A stretch of DNA of 64,000 bases from NCBI GenBank assembly GCA_038870975.1, contig JAVZJD010000001.1, positions 608,001 through 672,000 on the forward strand, in the 5' to 3' direction. The notes under the pieces are model-generated. The model was not told the origin of the DNA. It did no database searches and saw only the letters and a list, made by a program, of their open reading frames with translations. The DNA comes from Candidatus Bathyarchaeia archaeon. GTDB lineage: Archaea > Thermoproteota > CALKCG01 > B24. Each line of letters starts with the position of its first letter. The first letter of the stretch is position 1. Positions 49,236 through 59,539 of this stretch are shown here, one piece after another. The translations under genes and the position numbers were made by a program.

Positions 49236-49871
49236 TCAATTCGTAGAAATCCGTGTTAATCTAGCACCGCAATTTGGACAATACAAATAGTTTCCGGTTA
49301 TGCGATACCCACAGAATGGACACTTTAAGACTGTATAAACTCCTTCTACACGTGTAGGTGTAGTAACACTTACTGACAGCGATTTCTTAAGGACATTGTA
49401 GACGGATAGAGCGCCTGCCACTATGGGTAGAACTATGCCTATTGGAATTATCCAATACGACTGGGAAAGGTTCGATGCTTGCGGGAAGGATACGTAAACA
49501 CTATCGATGCTGCTGAAGATAGCAGGCGCGGCTAAGCCTAATGTAATGGCGATCGTAATTGAACGTATATCTATATCTCTACGTTTAGACTCCTTTAGTA
49601 ATATCACTCCACTCACAAGAACCATTAGAGCCGCTATGGATCTAACTGGGAATATTTCCATCCATCCTTGGGAAATCTCCCCATTCATATTGGAGTAAAA
49701 GTAGCCTAGTAGTGGAAACTCTAAAACTGCAAATGTCTCTTCCACAGAAGAACCACGGACATAATAGTTTGTTACACCCACTATCATAGTCCAAGGTATT
49801 AGAAGTGATATGAGCATTAATACTCCAGCTATTGAAATGGCTCTACCACTTGGCTCCCCCTTTAATTCCAC
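49236..49871 (-). CDS. Membrane protein with C-terminal double zinc ribbon
   Basis: Four hydrophobic segments and CPFCG...YCPNCG. Confidence 0.7.
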   Translation of the reverse strand: MELKGEPSGRAISIAGVLMLISLLIPWTMIVGVTNYYVRGSSVEETFAVLEFPLLGYFYSNMNGEISQGWMEIFPVRSIAALMVLVSGVILLKESKRRDIDIRSITIAITLGLAAPAIFSSIDSVYVSFPQASNLSQSYWIIPIGIVLPIVAGALSVYNVLKKSLSVSVTTPTRVEGVYTVLKCPFCGYRITGNYLYCPNCGARLTRISTN

Positions 49872-50129
49872 AGGAACTCAACCTCATTTATAGATTAAAA
49901 TCGATAATGACAAATAAAGGTATCTGTTTGGAAAATGTATTCTATAACAAAGCGTTTGAAGTAAAATCTCCATCCGAATAATCTTTAATTTTTCCATGAA
50001 GGCGCCTTTAAAGTCGCCATAATGATGAGAGGATTCTTCACGTTGTTCCACATATTTTTACATTACAAATTTTTAAATAGAAGTCCCCCCTCAGAAAGCA
50101 TATATACAGAGATTCTAAAGTTTATAGCG

Positions 50130-50732
50130 ATGTTTGAGGTTGCTGTAGAGCCCTGCGTTTTAACGGCTAATAAAACATCTCTCATAATAGTAGATATGCA
50201 AAAGGATTTCATTTATAGTAATGGCAGACTATACGTACCTGGCTCTGAAAGAATAGTGACTTCTTTAAAGGCTCTTTTAGAGAAGTGTAGAGCAAGTGGG
50301 TTAACTGTGATTTTTACGCAAGATTGGCATCCGGAAAACGCATCAGAATTTAGGATATGGCCAAAGCATTGCGTCGCGGGAACCCAAGGTGCTGATATAA
50401 TAGACGAATTAAAGCCAAACCCAGGTGAACTTGTAGTTAAAAAAGAGACTTACGACGCTTTCTTCAATACGAAGCTTGAAGACATTCTCATTAAAGCAGG
50501 AGTTGAAAACCTTATTGTGACTGGTGTTGTCGCAAACATATGCGTACTACATACAGCTGGAAGTGCCGCTTTAAGAGGGTTTAAGATAGTTTTACCAGTG
50601 GATTGCACCGCTGCTTTAAACGACTTTGATCTTAAACTTACCATAAGACAGGTTTCCTTTCTATACAGGGGGATAATAACATCGAGTGAATTAATATCAT
50701 TCAACCATTCTCAACCTCCGAGGTCATTTTAA
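50130..50732 (+). CDS. Isochorismatase/nicotinamidase family cysteine hydrolase
   Basis: VDMQKDF, QDWH, WPKHC, K..YDAF and ANICV; start moved to MFEVAV. Confidence 0.9.
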   Translation: MFEVAVEPCVLTANKTSLIIVDMQKDFIYSNGRLYVPGSERIVTSLKALLEKCRASGLTVIFTQDWHPENASEFRIWPKHCVAGTQGADIIDELKPNPGELVVKKETYDAFFNTKLEDILIKAGVENLIVTGVVANICVLHTAGSAALRGFKIVLPVDCTAALNDFDLKLTIRQVSFLYRGIITSSELISFNHSQPPRSF

Positions 50733-51902
50733 TCCACCATAAAGACTTTCAAAGTCTTCCATTGAATAAAATCCTATTAGATGTAAATTTCCAATGTGGA
50801 CATTTTTAAGCCGTTTTTTGGCCACTCTATAACATTCTACGACCTGCTCTATAGGGGTGACTGGTAAATCTCTCATTAAATAGTCAGGGTGGAAAATGAG
50901 AAGAGAATATGGGATTTCAGGGTTTAGGTCTGCTAGAAACCTAGCTATACCTTCTACTTCTTCTGCGTCTACATAACCGGGTACGAGAAGAGTTGTAGCT
51001 GTTAAAATAGGCATGTCTGGTCGTTCCATGTAAAACCTATTATAAAGCGCCTCGAAATTTTCAAATGCCCTTCTATTTGAAACACCGCTTAAAGCAACGC
51101 TTAAGGCGTTAGAATAAGCTTTAAGGTCGAATTTTATATTCCCACCTGTCTTGAAAGATATTTCACCAGCTTCATTAACTAGAACTTTGTTACCACAACC
51201 ATTCCATTCAAAACAAATCCTCAGAATTCTCTCTCCACGAAGATATTCAAGAACATGTTTGGAGGCGTTTATAGCAAAAGGTAGTTGTGGCTCTGGTGAA
51301 CCGCCGAAAAAGCACCAACATGATATCCGTGTATTTGATAGCGTTACTTGAATTAGCTCTTTATCTGTTATAATCCGCGCTTCTTCAAACCTTTTATGCG
51401 AATAGTTTTGACAGAATAGGCAGTTGAAGTTGCATCCGTAGAAGAAGATAGCTAGATTATAATAGTTGTATTCTGGCCCTTTAGTATACGCGTACTTTGG
51501 ATAACCCGCACCCGTTCCAGCTGGGCAGAACCATGTGCTACAGCAGTTTGTCACATGTGGATCGAGGTAATAGTACAATAGTGCTTTATTCTTATCTACA
51601 TATGATTTTAAATATCCATTCTCACTCCATCTTAAGCCACAGAAACCTAGTTCACCATTGCCTATAATACAATCATTTGAACATATGCCGCATCTGACTC
51701 CATTTTGTGTTTTATATGGCTGTGGTGGTAGTTTGTACTGTTCTCTAGACTTCCTATGGGCATCTAAAGCTATTTTCAAGCTTTCTTCAGGGTTTTCACG
51801 TATACATCTTACACAGACCCCTAAATAGCTTGATATTAGGGATGACTTCAATCCGCATATTTTACATTCCTTCACATTTTTAGTTTTAGAAAGGGGGGAC
51901 AC
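50724..51902 (-). CDS. Radical SAM protein (PflA-like family)
   Basis: GCNFNCLFCQN, FGGSPEP and N-terminal Cys clusters. Confidence 0.88.
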   Translation of the reverse strand: MSPLSKTKNVKECKICGLKSSLISSYLGVCVRCIRENPEESLKIALDAHRKSREQYKLPPQPYKTQNGVRCGICSNDCIIGNGELGFCGLRWSENGYLKSYVDKNKALLYYYLDPHVTNCCSTWFCPAGTGAGYPKYAYTKGPEYNYYNLAIFFYGCNFNCLFCQNYSHKRFEEARIITDKELIQVTLSNTRISCWCFFGGSPEPQLPFAINASKHVLEYLRGERILRICFEWNGCGNKVLVNEAGEISFKTGGNIKFDLKAYSNALSVALSGVSNRRAFENFEALYNRFYMERPDMPILTATTLLVPGYVDAEEVEGIARFLADLNPEIPYSLLIFHPDYLMRDLPVTPIEQVVECYRVAKKRLKNVHIGNLHLIGFYSMEDFESLYGGLK

Positions 51903-52037
51903 TCGAATCTAAAAGATTTATGGAAAACATAGACTTAAACATATTTCTAAAATATCACATGGTAAACTATGGACGTATTAACTAAAAAATAATAAAACTG
52001 TTAAAATCCAATTATCGAATAAATGTTCATTGTATAG

Positions 52038-53555
52038 ATGGGTTCTGAAACATTAAAGGATGCCGTTCGGATGATCGTAGCACGCGGTTTACAAATAGAG
52101 CCTAAGGCTTTAGAGAGGCTTAGTAAACTTGACCAAGATATGCTACATACAACTGTAAGCAGGATTCTAAATAAAGCCGTGGAGAGAGGAGAGTTTATTA
52201 TAACCCTTAGAGACGTTGAAGAATTTTGCCAAATAAAGAGAGAACAGGTAGAAGTATCCGTCGCCGTTAAGCATGTGCCAGCTAAAGAAGTGGAGCCTAA
52301 ACTTGAAGTTTTATTCGACCCTACGGATAAGATCCACGGCGGTGATAGCGTAGACGACTTCTATAAGTATTTTAAAAGTAGATTTAAGAAGCTCGAGAAA
52401 ATACTTCGGAGAAGAATCGACGCTGGAGGTAGTAGTACAATATCCAACGTGTTGAAAGCTAGTCTAAAAAGTCATGTGAAATTCATAGGGATGGTAACTG
52501 AAAAAGTTAAACGAAAAGGGTTTAGAATGCAACTTGAAGATCTTGAATCTTCAATAACAGTCATAATCTCCGAAAACTCGGATAGAAAATTGATAGAAAA
52601 AGCGCTCATGGTCTTACAGGATCAAGTTATCTGTGTATCTGGTATTAAGGTGGCAGATGACGTCGTTTTAGCAGATGATATCATATTTCCGGATATTCCA
52701 GATCATAAAGCTAGAAGAAGCGATGAAGAGATTTATGCTGTCTTAACATCAGATATTCACATTGGAAGTAAGCTTTTCATGGAAAAATGCTTCGAGAAGT
52801 TTCTAAGATGGTTAAATGGCTTAGAAGGGTCTGAGCCTTTTAGAGAATTGGCAAGTAAAGTTAAATATCTTCTAGTATGTGGAGATTTAGTCGATGGTGT
52901 AGGAGTTTACCCAGGTCAAGATAGAGAACTAGCCGTAGATTCCCTAACGCAACAATATAGACTTGCCGCAGAGTATTTTGCTAAGATTCCAGAGTATATA
53001 GAGACAGTAGTCATACCTGGGAATCATGACGCCTCTAGGCAAGCGCTTCCCCAACCTGCAATTTTCAGGAAATATTCAGAACCTCTCTATAATTTAAATA
53101 ATGTCAGAATGTTTGGGAATCCATGTTGGATATCTGTCCATGGCGTGGATGTACTCATGTATCACGGTAGAAGTCTAGATGATATTATAGCCTATATACC
53201 AGGGCTAACATTCCAAGAGCCAGATAAAGCTATGGAGATTTTACTTAAAGCAAGACATTTAACTCCTATATATGGGTTGAGGACTGCTATAGCCCCTGAA
53301 GCTGAAGACTATCTCGTAATTGAAAGAGAGCCGACCATCTTCCATTCAGGACACATACACTTCGCGAAACACAGATTTTATAGAGGAAGTTTAATCGTTA
53401 ACTCCGGTGCTTGGCAGAATCAAACAGAGTATCAGAAGAGGAATGGTTTAAAACCGTTACCAGGCGTTGTTCCAATTGTGAATTTAAAAACCCTCCAAGT
53501 AATCTACCTCGACTTTAGAGGGGCTAGCTTAGAAGCAAAGGCGGAAGCCCTTTAG
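52038..53555 (+). CDS. polB: DNA polymerase D small subunit DP1 (proofreading exonuclease)
   Basis: SDIHIGS, GDLVDG, PGNHD, YHGRS, GHIH and NSGAWQ. Confidence 0.95.
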   Translation: MGSETLKDAVRMIVARGLQIEPKALERLSKLDQDMLHTTVSRILNKAVERGEFIITLRDVEEFCQIKREQVEVSVAVKHVPAKEVEPKLEVLFDPTDKIHGGDSVDDFYKYFKSRFKKLEKILRRRIDAGGSSTISNVLKASLKSHVKFIGMVTEKVKRKGFRMQLEDLESSITVIISENSDRKLIEKALMVLQDQVICVSGIKVADDVVLADDIIFPDIPDHKARRSDEEIYAVLTSDIHIGSKLFMEKCFEKFLRWLNGLEGSEPFRELASKVKYLLVCGDLVDGVGVYPGQDRELAVDSLTQQYRLAAEYFAKIPEYIETVVIPGNHDASRQALPQPAIFRKYSEPLYNLNNVRMFGNPCWISVHGVDVLMYHGRSLDDIIAYIPGLTFQEPDKAMEILLKARHLTPIYGLRTAIAPEAEDYLVIEREPTIFHSGHIHFAKHRFYRGSLIVNSGAWQNQTEYQKRNGLKPLPGVVPIVNLKTLQVIYLDFRGASLEAKAEAL

Positions 53556-54078
53556 CGATAATTTTTGCGACTCTCAGCGGTTCCGGCATTTTTCCCAAAA
53601 GCGTAGTTTCTCTTAACAATTTAGCCGCTTCATCTAAAGTTAAGCCTTGCACAGCTACAATTAGTTTTACGCAACCCAAGGAGAGTTCCACTGGGGTAGT
53701 TTTCTCTAGTATTCGGAGACGCTCTTGCCAATCTAAAAACCTCATCCTTAAAGCTTTCTTAACACGTTGAATATCTGGCTTACGGTCAAGAATACATAAA
53801 ACCGGATAGGATGTTTCTTCATACAGTCTACATGCATCTATTAAATTGAAGCCCGCATATGGCACTCCATGGAGGAGGATTAAGTCTAATAAACCTGCTT
53901 TCGAAACGAATGTTAAAGCTTTATCGGTAGCATCTAGGCCATCGACTTTAACTGTATCTATGAAGAGCTTTTCCAGTAAAAAGCCATCCATAACAACACC
54001 TATGAGAAGAGCTTCACTTAGAAAATGTCTTCCGACAGTAAAACAGCCATCTTCTATCGCTAGAATCCTCCTACGCAT
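53524..54078 (-). CDS. DUF99 family (endonuclease V-like) protein
   Basis: LAIEDG, VDGLDAT, AGFN and PEPLRVAK. Confidence 0.85.
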   Translation of the reverse strand: MRRRILAIEDGCFTVGRHFLSEALLIGVVMDGFLLEKLFIDTVKVDGLDATDKALTFVSKAGLLDLILLHGVPYAGFNLIDACRLYEETSYPVLCILDRKPDIQRVKKALRMRFLDWQERLRILEKTTPVELSLGCVKLIVAVQGLTLDEAAKLLRETTLLGKMPEPLRVAKIIAKGLPPLLLS

Positions 54079-54161
54079 TCTTACATTGAAAAATACAACA
54101 AAACCAGTAGATAGCTTTTATCATCCATAATTGAACAATTATGGTGTAGAACTTCCATAAA

Positions 54162-55403
54162 CTATGTCGCTGGTGACTTAGGAGAATATTCCAAGATGAA
54201 ATTCAACCTTGGATCCCCAGATAAAAAGGCTTTCAATGTTTTTAACGGTACATTAAGCTTTATTTGTTTAGAGCGGCCATGCCTTCCAAGACTTACAACT
54301 TTAGCATTTATTATCCCTAATGCATCTAGCTCGGCTAATAATCCGCTTACTCTTCTCTGCGTCAGAGGTTCTAAACCAATTTCAGAGCAAAGTTCCGCGT
54401 ATATATCGTAGATGACGCCCGTCATAATACGATTCACAGATTCACGTTTTTTCAAAAGGAAAATGCTTGATAAGAGAAGCTTTGAATGAAGCGGTAGTGT
54501 TTTTAAAACTTCAAGCACTCTATCTTCTTCAATTTTACTCTGAGCGGCTCTAACATGTTCTTCAAGAACATTGTTGGCTCCTTCTCTTTCAGCTATTTCA
54601 GCTGAAACTCTTAAAAGGTCCAAAGCTCTTCTAGCATCCCCATGTTCAGATGCTGCTAGAGCAGCGCAGAGTCTTAAGGCAGCTTCAGTACAGGTATTGG
54701 GTTTGAGTGCAAGCTTAACTCTATCCTGTAGAATATCGAAAAGTTCATCGGCAGTATAGGGTCTGAAAACAAGCTCTTCTTCACTTAAACAACTTAAAAC
54801 TCTGGGGTCTAAGTAGTCTTTAAATTGAAGATCATTGGATATTCCTATTATTACAAGCTTGCCATATTCGGATTCTTCGTTTATTCTCGTGAGTTTGTAA
54901 AGTAATTCATCTCCATAGTTTTTAATAAGAATATCAACCTCATCAAGAACTATTATAAGAATGGTTCCTATCATCTTCAATCCATTCTTGAACCGTTTGA
55001 AAACCTCACTTGACGAAAGACCAGTGAAGGGAACGTTGACTCCAATACTCTCACATAAATGTGTTAAAATTCTATAATCAGAACCATCAGTCCTACAGTT
55101 TATATAACAAATTTTTAATGGATTATCAACTTCGACGCTCTTCTTCGAAAGATGTTTAAGAACATATCTGGCCACTGCTGTTTTACCAGTGCCAGGCTTT
55201 CCATAGATGAATATGTTTGAACATCTATTTCCTTTCAATGTCGGTGCAAGTATCATTCCAAGTCTAGCTATTTGATCCTCCCTATGGGGGAGAAAATCGG
55301 GAACGTAGTCATGTCTGAGACACTCTCTATTCTTGAAGATTGTAGATCCCTCAATATATCTGTCGAAGATGTTAGAAAGAGGAGAGTCCTCCAGACGTTC
55401 CAC
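54162..55403 (-). CDS. cdc6: Orc1/Cdc6 replication initiator
   Basis: DYVP..LPHRE, GKPGTGKT, LDEVD, GDARRALDLLR and a wHTH with G..GR; GTG start inferred. Confidence 0.95.
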   Translation of the reverse strand: MERLEDSPLSNIFDRYIEGSTIFKNRECLRHDYVPDFLPHREDQIARLGMILAPTLKGNRCSNIFIYGKPGTGKTAVARYVLKHLSKKSVEVDNPLKICYINCRTDGSDYRILTHLCESIGVNVPFTGLSSSEVFKRFKNGLKMIGTILIIVLDEVDILIKNYGDELLYKLTRINEESEYGKLVIIGISNDLQFKDYLDPRVLSCLSEEELVFRPYTADELFDILQDRVKLALKPNTCTEAALRLCAALAASEHGDARRALDLLRVSAEIAEREGANNVLEEHVRAAQSKIEEDRVLEVLKTLPLHSKLLLSSIFLLKKRESVNRIMTGVIYDIYAELCSEIGLEPLTQRRVSGLLAELDALGIINAKVVSLGRHGRSKQIKLNVPLKTLKAFLSGDPRLNFILEYSPKSPAT

Positions 55404-55669
55404 CCTGATTTTAGGGGGTGTGGAATGTTGATAAAAACTTATCAGTAGAGGAGAATGTATCTTCAAGTTATTTAAATTAAACAGAGACCCCCACCCTAAC
55501 ACTTCCTTTCTAGGCTCTTATTCACAAGATGAGAAATATTGTGAACAATGTATAAACTAAATAGTTAAAATAGTTAAACTAGAAAACTTATATAAAGACC
55601 CCTTTCCTAATAAAAGGGGGAGGTTTTATCCAAAAATAAAATACTCAAGATATTCTATTAAACAACCTC

Positions 55670-55688
55670 TCCAGTTGAAATTAGGGGT
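55670..55688 (+). promoter_or_regulatory. Origin recognition box (ORB)
   Basis: TCCAGTTGAAATTAGGGGT matches the archaeal ORB consensus with G-string. Confidence 0.88.
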
Positions 55689-55830
55689 CTGGGGAGGCTA
55701 TCTTATGAAAAGCTTCTCCTAGTTATTCACTTCTTCACTTCTAGTTAACTCCATGGGAAAAATGAACCCTTTCCTGTTAAAAAATAGATTTTTTACCCTC
55801 TTAATCATCTACTTTTCCTGTGAATAAGGA

Positions 55831-55850
55831 ACCCCTTGATTTCTACTGGA
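55831..55850 (-). promoter_or_regulatory. Origin recognition box (ORB), inverted
   Basis: Reverse complement TCCAGTAGAAATCAAGGGGT faces the ORB at 55670 across about 140 bp. Confidence 0.88.
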
Positions 55851-56026
55851 GTTTTTGAAGAAAAAATCTAGAAGCTTCTTTCTTTAAAGCTTCACTTTTG
55901 TGAAAATGTGAAGAAGAAAAAATTGAAAATTTTTATTCTTTTCAAAAAATAACGATTTTTTATGGTTTTTCTTTTCACATATTCTCTAGTAACTTTTTTA
56001 CTTCTATCCTGTGAATCTATTAGCAG

Positions 56027-56437
56027 ATGCCTAAGTCAAGGTTGAAGTTTGAAGCAGAAGATGAAACTGGTGGAAAATTAACTATAACTTTGGAAGGAGC
56101 GGTATCTAGAGATAAGATTCTTCAAATCTTAGACCTCATAGAACTTATGGGTGGATTGTCCAATAAAAGACAATCTACTGATGAATCCGAATCATCTACT
56201 AAGCTTGAGAGAATCAAGAAGATAATAATGGAGAAGTTCCCAGTAGGTTGGTTTTCATCTAGGGATATTCAAGCTGAATACGAGTCGCTGTTTAATGAGC
56301 AGATAAGGTTGAGCACGGTTTCTACCTATCTTCAAAGACTCCATAACAATGGCTTTCTTTTAAGATCTGGTTCTCGAGCTATGCGGAATTATAAACTTAA
56401 TAAAATGGCGCTATCCCGTGTTTCAGACTCTACTTAG
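56027..56437 (+). CDS. Small winged-helix DNA-binding protein, divergent from cdc6
   Basis: WFSSRDIQ..Y.......LSTVSTYLQRL...G.L.RSG...R.Y wHTH pattern. Confidence 0.75.
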   Translation: MPKSRLKFEAEDETGGKLTITLEGAVSRDKILQILDLIELMGGLSNKRQSTDESESSTKLERIKKIIMEKFPVGWFSSRDIQAEYESLFNEQIRLSTVSTYLQRLHNNGFLLRSGSRAMRNYKLNKMALSRVSDST

Positions 56438-56446
56438 TTTAAATTT

Positions 56447-57046
56447 TTACTCTAAGATTTTCCCTGCTTCTACACCTAGAAAAGTCGTTATTAAGTCGAT
56501 CTTAGCTATTATCCCCTGGATTTTTCCGTTTTCAACAACTAAAACAGCGGGGGCTCCTCTTAAAAATATTTGAAGAACCTCATGAATAGGCGTATTTGGA
56601 GTTATTTCTGGAAAAGGCCCCTCCATAATATCTCGAATGGTCATCTTAAAGAATTTCTTAAAATCTTTCTCTCTCACCATGTGATGGATAATGGTTGACT
56701 CTTGAATAGCACCAATAGGGATATTGTTATCATCTACAACTGGAAGTTGAGAAATATCGTGTTTCTTCATAAGTCTAACAGCCACTTCAACGGGTTGTTT
56801 AGCGTTAATGCATATCACTGGTCTATGCATTATATGTCTTGCCACCTGCTCCTCTTTAACACTTGCGTTCTCTATAACATGCATTATTCTTTTAATCGTA
56901 GAGAGACGAGGATCAACATTACCTCTTTCAATCCTAGAAATTAGAGATTGGCTTAACCCCGCTTTTTCAGCAAGCTCTTTCTGAGTTAATCTAACGGCTT
57001 TTCTAAGTCGTCTGATAGTTTCTCCTGAAGGTATGCCATAAGACAT
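56447..57046 (-). CDS. XRE-HTH plus CBS-pair transcriptional regulator
   Basis: LTQKELA..AGLSQSLISRIERG.VDPRLST and two CBS domains (ISQLPVV). Confidence 0.9.
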   Translation of the reverse strand: MSYGIPSGETIRRLRKAVRLTQKELAEKAGLSQSLISRIERGNVDPRLSTIKRIMHVIENASVKEEQVARHIMHRPVICINAKQPVEVAVRLMKKHDISQLPVVDDNNIPIGAIQESTIIHHMVREKDFKKFFKMTIRDIMEGPFPEITPNTPIHEVLQIFLRGAPAVLVVENGKIQGIIAKIDLITTFLGVEAGKILE

Positions 57047-57206
57047 GAGGATCACAACTGAGTCCAACTTATATTTCATTAATAAGGGTAAAATAAAACT
57101 TGCCTATGCAGGAATTTTAGCTCCACCGTTTTTACTGGTTTTATTCGATGGAAAAAATGACGGGTGATATAAAGTTTGTTTAAAGAATGACATGATTGCA
57201 GGTCAA

Positions 57207-58172
57207 CTACCACCATGGTTTAACTTCTGGAGGTTCAACGGCAAGTAGAGGCTTAAGGTATGATATTGCCTGCTTTACACCAGCGTCTCTACTCATACAC
57301 GGATCTTCATGTTCAACTGAGAGGACGTAATTGTAGCCGACTTCTAGAAGAGCTGTTATTATACGTCGCCATGGCATTTCACCCCATCCAACTGTTCGAA
57401 ATCGAAAGCCTCTTGCAACTTTATTCCATGGCCCTACTGATAGTACCCCAGATGCTGAAGCGGTGTGAATAACCCTCTCAGAGTCTTTCGCATGGCAGTG
57501 AAATATCCGATCTTTCAACTCATATATGAATTGAACCGGGTCCATCCCTTGCCAAACTAAATGGCTCGGATCATAATTAAATCCAGCTGATGGATGGTTC
57601 CCCGATACTTCTAGGAGTTTCTTAGCAGTCTCCAAGTTGTAATTCATCTCTTGCGGATGGGTTTCGTAAGCTATCTTAATACCTTGGTCTCTAGCATGAT
57701 CTAATATTGGAAGCCATCTATCCTTAAATAGGCTCCAATAGCTCTCCCAAATTCTCTCATTTGCTGGTGGAAACACATACCACTTTGCCCAATCTGGGCA
57801 TCCGGTGAACGCATTGACCACAGGTACATCTAGGGCGGCTGCAGCTTCTATAGTCTTTATTAGCCTGGTTATTCCATATTTGACTTTTTCATCCGGTGTT
57901 CCTCTAAACCAATCGTCTGTGCTTTCATCTAAAGGACCCAGTATAAGTTGCCCTTCTAAGTGGTTACTTAAAGCAGAGATGACTAATCCATACTTTTCTA
58001 CAATCTTCTTATATTCAGATGCTCCGCCTTTCAGAACTTTCTCAACATCTATATGAGTGCTTCCTCGCCAAGCTGCTATCTCAACAGCCTCATAACCTAG
58101 TTCTGAGACAAACTTTAAGACTTCATCTATCGGCTTATCGTTATACAGTACGGTAAAAATTCCGATTTTCAT
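57207..58172 (-). CDS. Sugar phosphate isomerase/epimerase (xylose-isomerase-like TIM barrel)
   Basis: ETHP, NYDPSH, HCHAKD and SVEHED. Confidence 0.88.
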   Translation of the reverse strand: MKIGIFTVLYNDKPIDEVLKFVSELGYEAVEIAAWRGSTHIDVEKVLKGGASEYKKIVEKYGLVISALSNHLEGQLILGPLDESTDDWFRGTPDEKVKYGITRLIKTIEAAAALDVPVVNAFTGCPDWAKWYVFPPANERIWESYWSLFKDRWLPILDHARDQGIKIAYETHPQEMNYNLETAKKLLEVSGNHPSAGFNYDPSHLVWQGMDPVQFIYELKDRIFHCHAKDSERVIHTASASGVLSVGPWNKVARGFRFRTVGWGEMPWRRIITALLEVGYNYVLSVEHEDPCMSRDAGVKQAISYLKPLLAVEPPEVKPWW

Positions 58173-58274
58173 GTTTCTCCTATTAATTTCTAATCCTCAA
58201 AGGATTTTAAATTTATCCTATAGTAACTGCTAAGATTTAAATTGTTTTAAGCCTAACTTTTTAACGGTGTAACT

Positions 58275-59474
58275 ATGGGTGAAGAAGTGGGATTTGTTAC
58301 AATGGCCAAGGTTGAACGGAAAGTCGAGGAAATTAAAACCATCGGGATCGGTCTTCTTGGCTATGCTTTTATGGGTAAAGCTCACGCACATGCGTGGAAA
58401 TCTATTCCAACATACTACTGGCCTCCACCCGCCCTTCCTAGGCTCATAGCGATATGTGGAAGAACTGTAGATGCTCTTACTGAAGCCGCTAGGCGGTTTG
58501 GATTTGAAAAGTACTATACGGATTGGAATCTAATGATCAAAGACTCCAAGGTTGAAATTTTTGACAACTGCGGACCCAACAATATACATGCTGAACCATG
58601 TATAGCCGCCGCTGAAGCAGGTAAACACGTAATATGTGAAAAACCGCTCGGTAGGAATGCTGAAGAATCTAGAAAAATGTTTGAAGCAGTCCGAAAGGCT
58701 GGGGTCAAACACATGTGTGCCTACAACTACCGATTTGTACCAGCCGTTAGACTTGCTAAAAAACTTATAGAAGATGGTTTACTAGGTAGGATCTATCATT
58801 TTCGAGCACGCTATCTTCAGGAGTGGATTATGGATCCAAACTTTCCGTTGGTTTGGCGTTTAAGGAAAGACGTAGCTGGATCTGGTCCTCTGGGAGATTT
58901 AGGCTCTCATATAATAGATTTAGCCAGGTTCCTAGTGGGCGATATTAAAGCTGTGTCAGCCGTCACGAGGACATTTATAAAAGAAAGACCTCTACCTGAA
59001 GACCCGAGTAAAAAGGGCCTTGTAACAGTTGAAGATGCCTTCGCATCTGTGGTTGAGTTTGATAATGGTGCCATTGGAACACTTGAAGCCACTAGATTCG
59101 CAGGTGGTCGTAAAAACTATAATAGTTTTGAGATTAACGGTGAAAAAGCCTCCATAGAGTTTAACCTCGAACGTTTAAACGAGTTGAGAGTCTACTGGAG
59201 GGAAGAACCAGTCAGAGATATAATGGGTTGGCATGAGGTCCTTGTAACTGAAAGTTACCATCCATTTTACAGGTACTACTGGCCTCATGGACACATAGGT
59301 GGATGGGAGGATACTTTTAAGAACGAACTATACCACTTTCTAGACTGCGTAGTTAATGATAAGCCTGTAAACCCCTATGCCGCCACGTTTGAAGACGGTT
59401 GGAAAGTAGACGTCGTATGTGATGCTATTTTAAGCTCTGCTGAAACAGGTAAGCGTGTCTTAATCCAGTACTAA
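58275..59474 (+). CDS. Gfo/Idh/MocA oxidoreductase
   Basis: GYAFMGKAH, CEKPL, NYRFVPA and GDLGSH. Confidence 0.9.
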   Translation: MGEEVGFVTMAKVERKVEEIKTIGIGLLGYAFMGKAHAHAWKSIPTYYWPPPALPRLIAICGRTVDALTEAARRFGFEKYYTDWNLMIKDSKVEIFDNCGPNNIHAEPCIAAAEAGKHVICEKPLGRNAEESRKMFEAVRKAGVKHMCAYNYRFVPAVRLAKKLIEDGLLGRIYHFRARYLQEWIMDPNFPLVWRLRKDVAGSGPLGDLGSHIIDLARFLVGDIKAVSAVTRTFIKERPLPEDPSKKGLVTVEDAFASVVEFDNGAIGTLEATRFAGGRKNYNSFEINGEKASIEFNLERLNELRVYWREEPVRDIMGWHEVLVTESYHPFYRYYWPHGHIGGWEDTFKNELYHFLDCVVNDKPVNPYAATFEDGWKVDVVCDAILSSAETGKRVLIQY

Positions 59475-59539
59475 ACCTTTTTCAAAATATCTCAAAAGCC
59501 GATTTAAGATTTTAAGCTAGTTCCCCTATTATTTTTCCT

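Larger units (their letters stand above)
55404..56026. other. Chromosomal replication origin (oriC)
   Basis: About 620 bp of AT-rich intergenic DNA upstream of cdc6, containing inverted ORBs. Confidence 0.85.
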
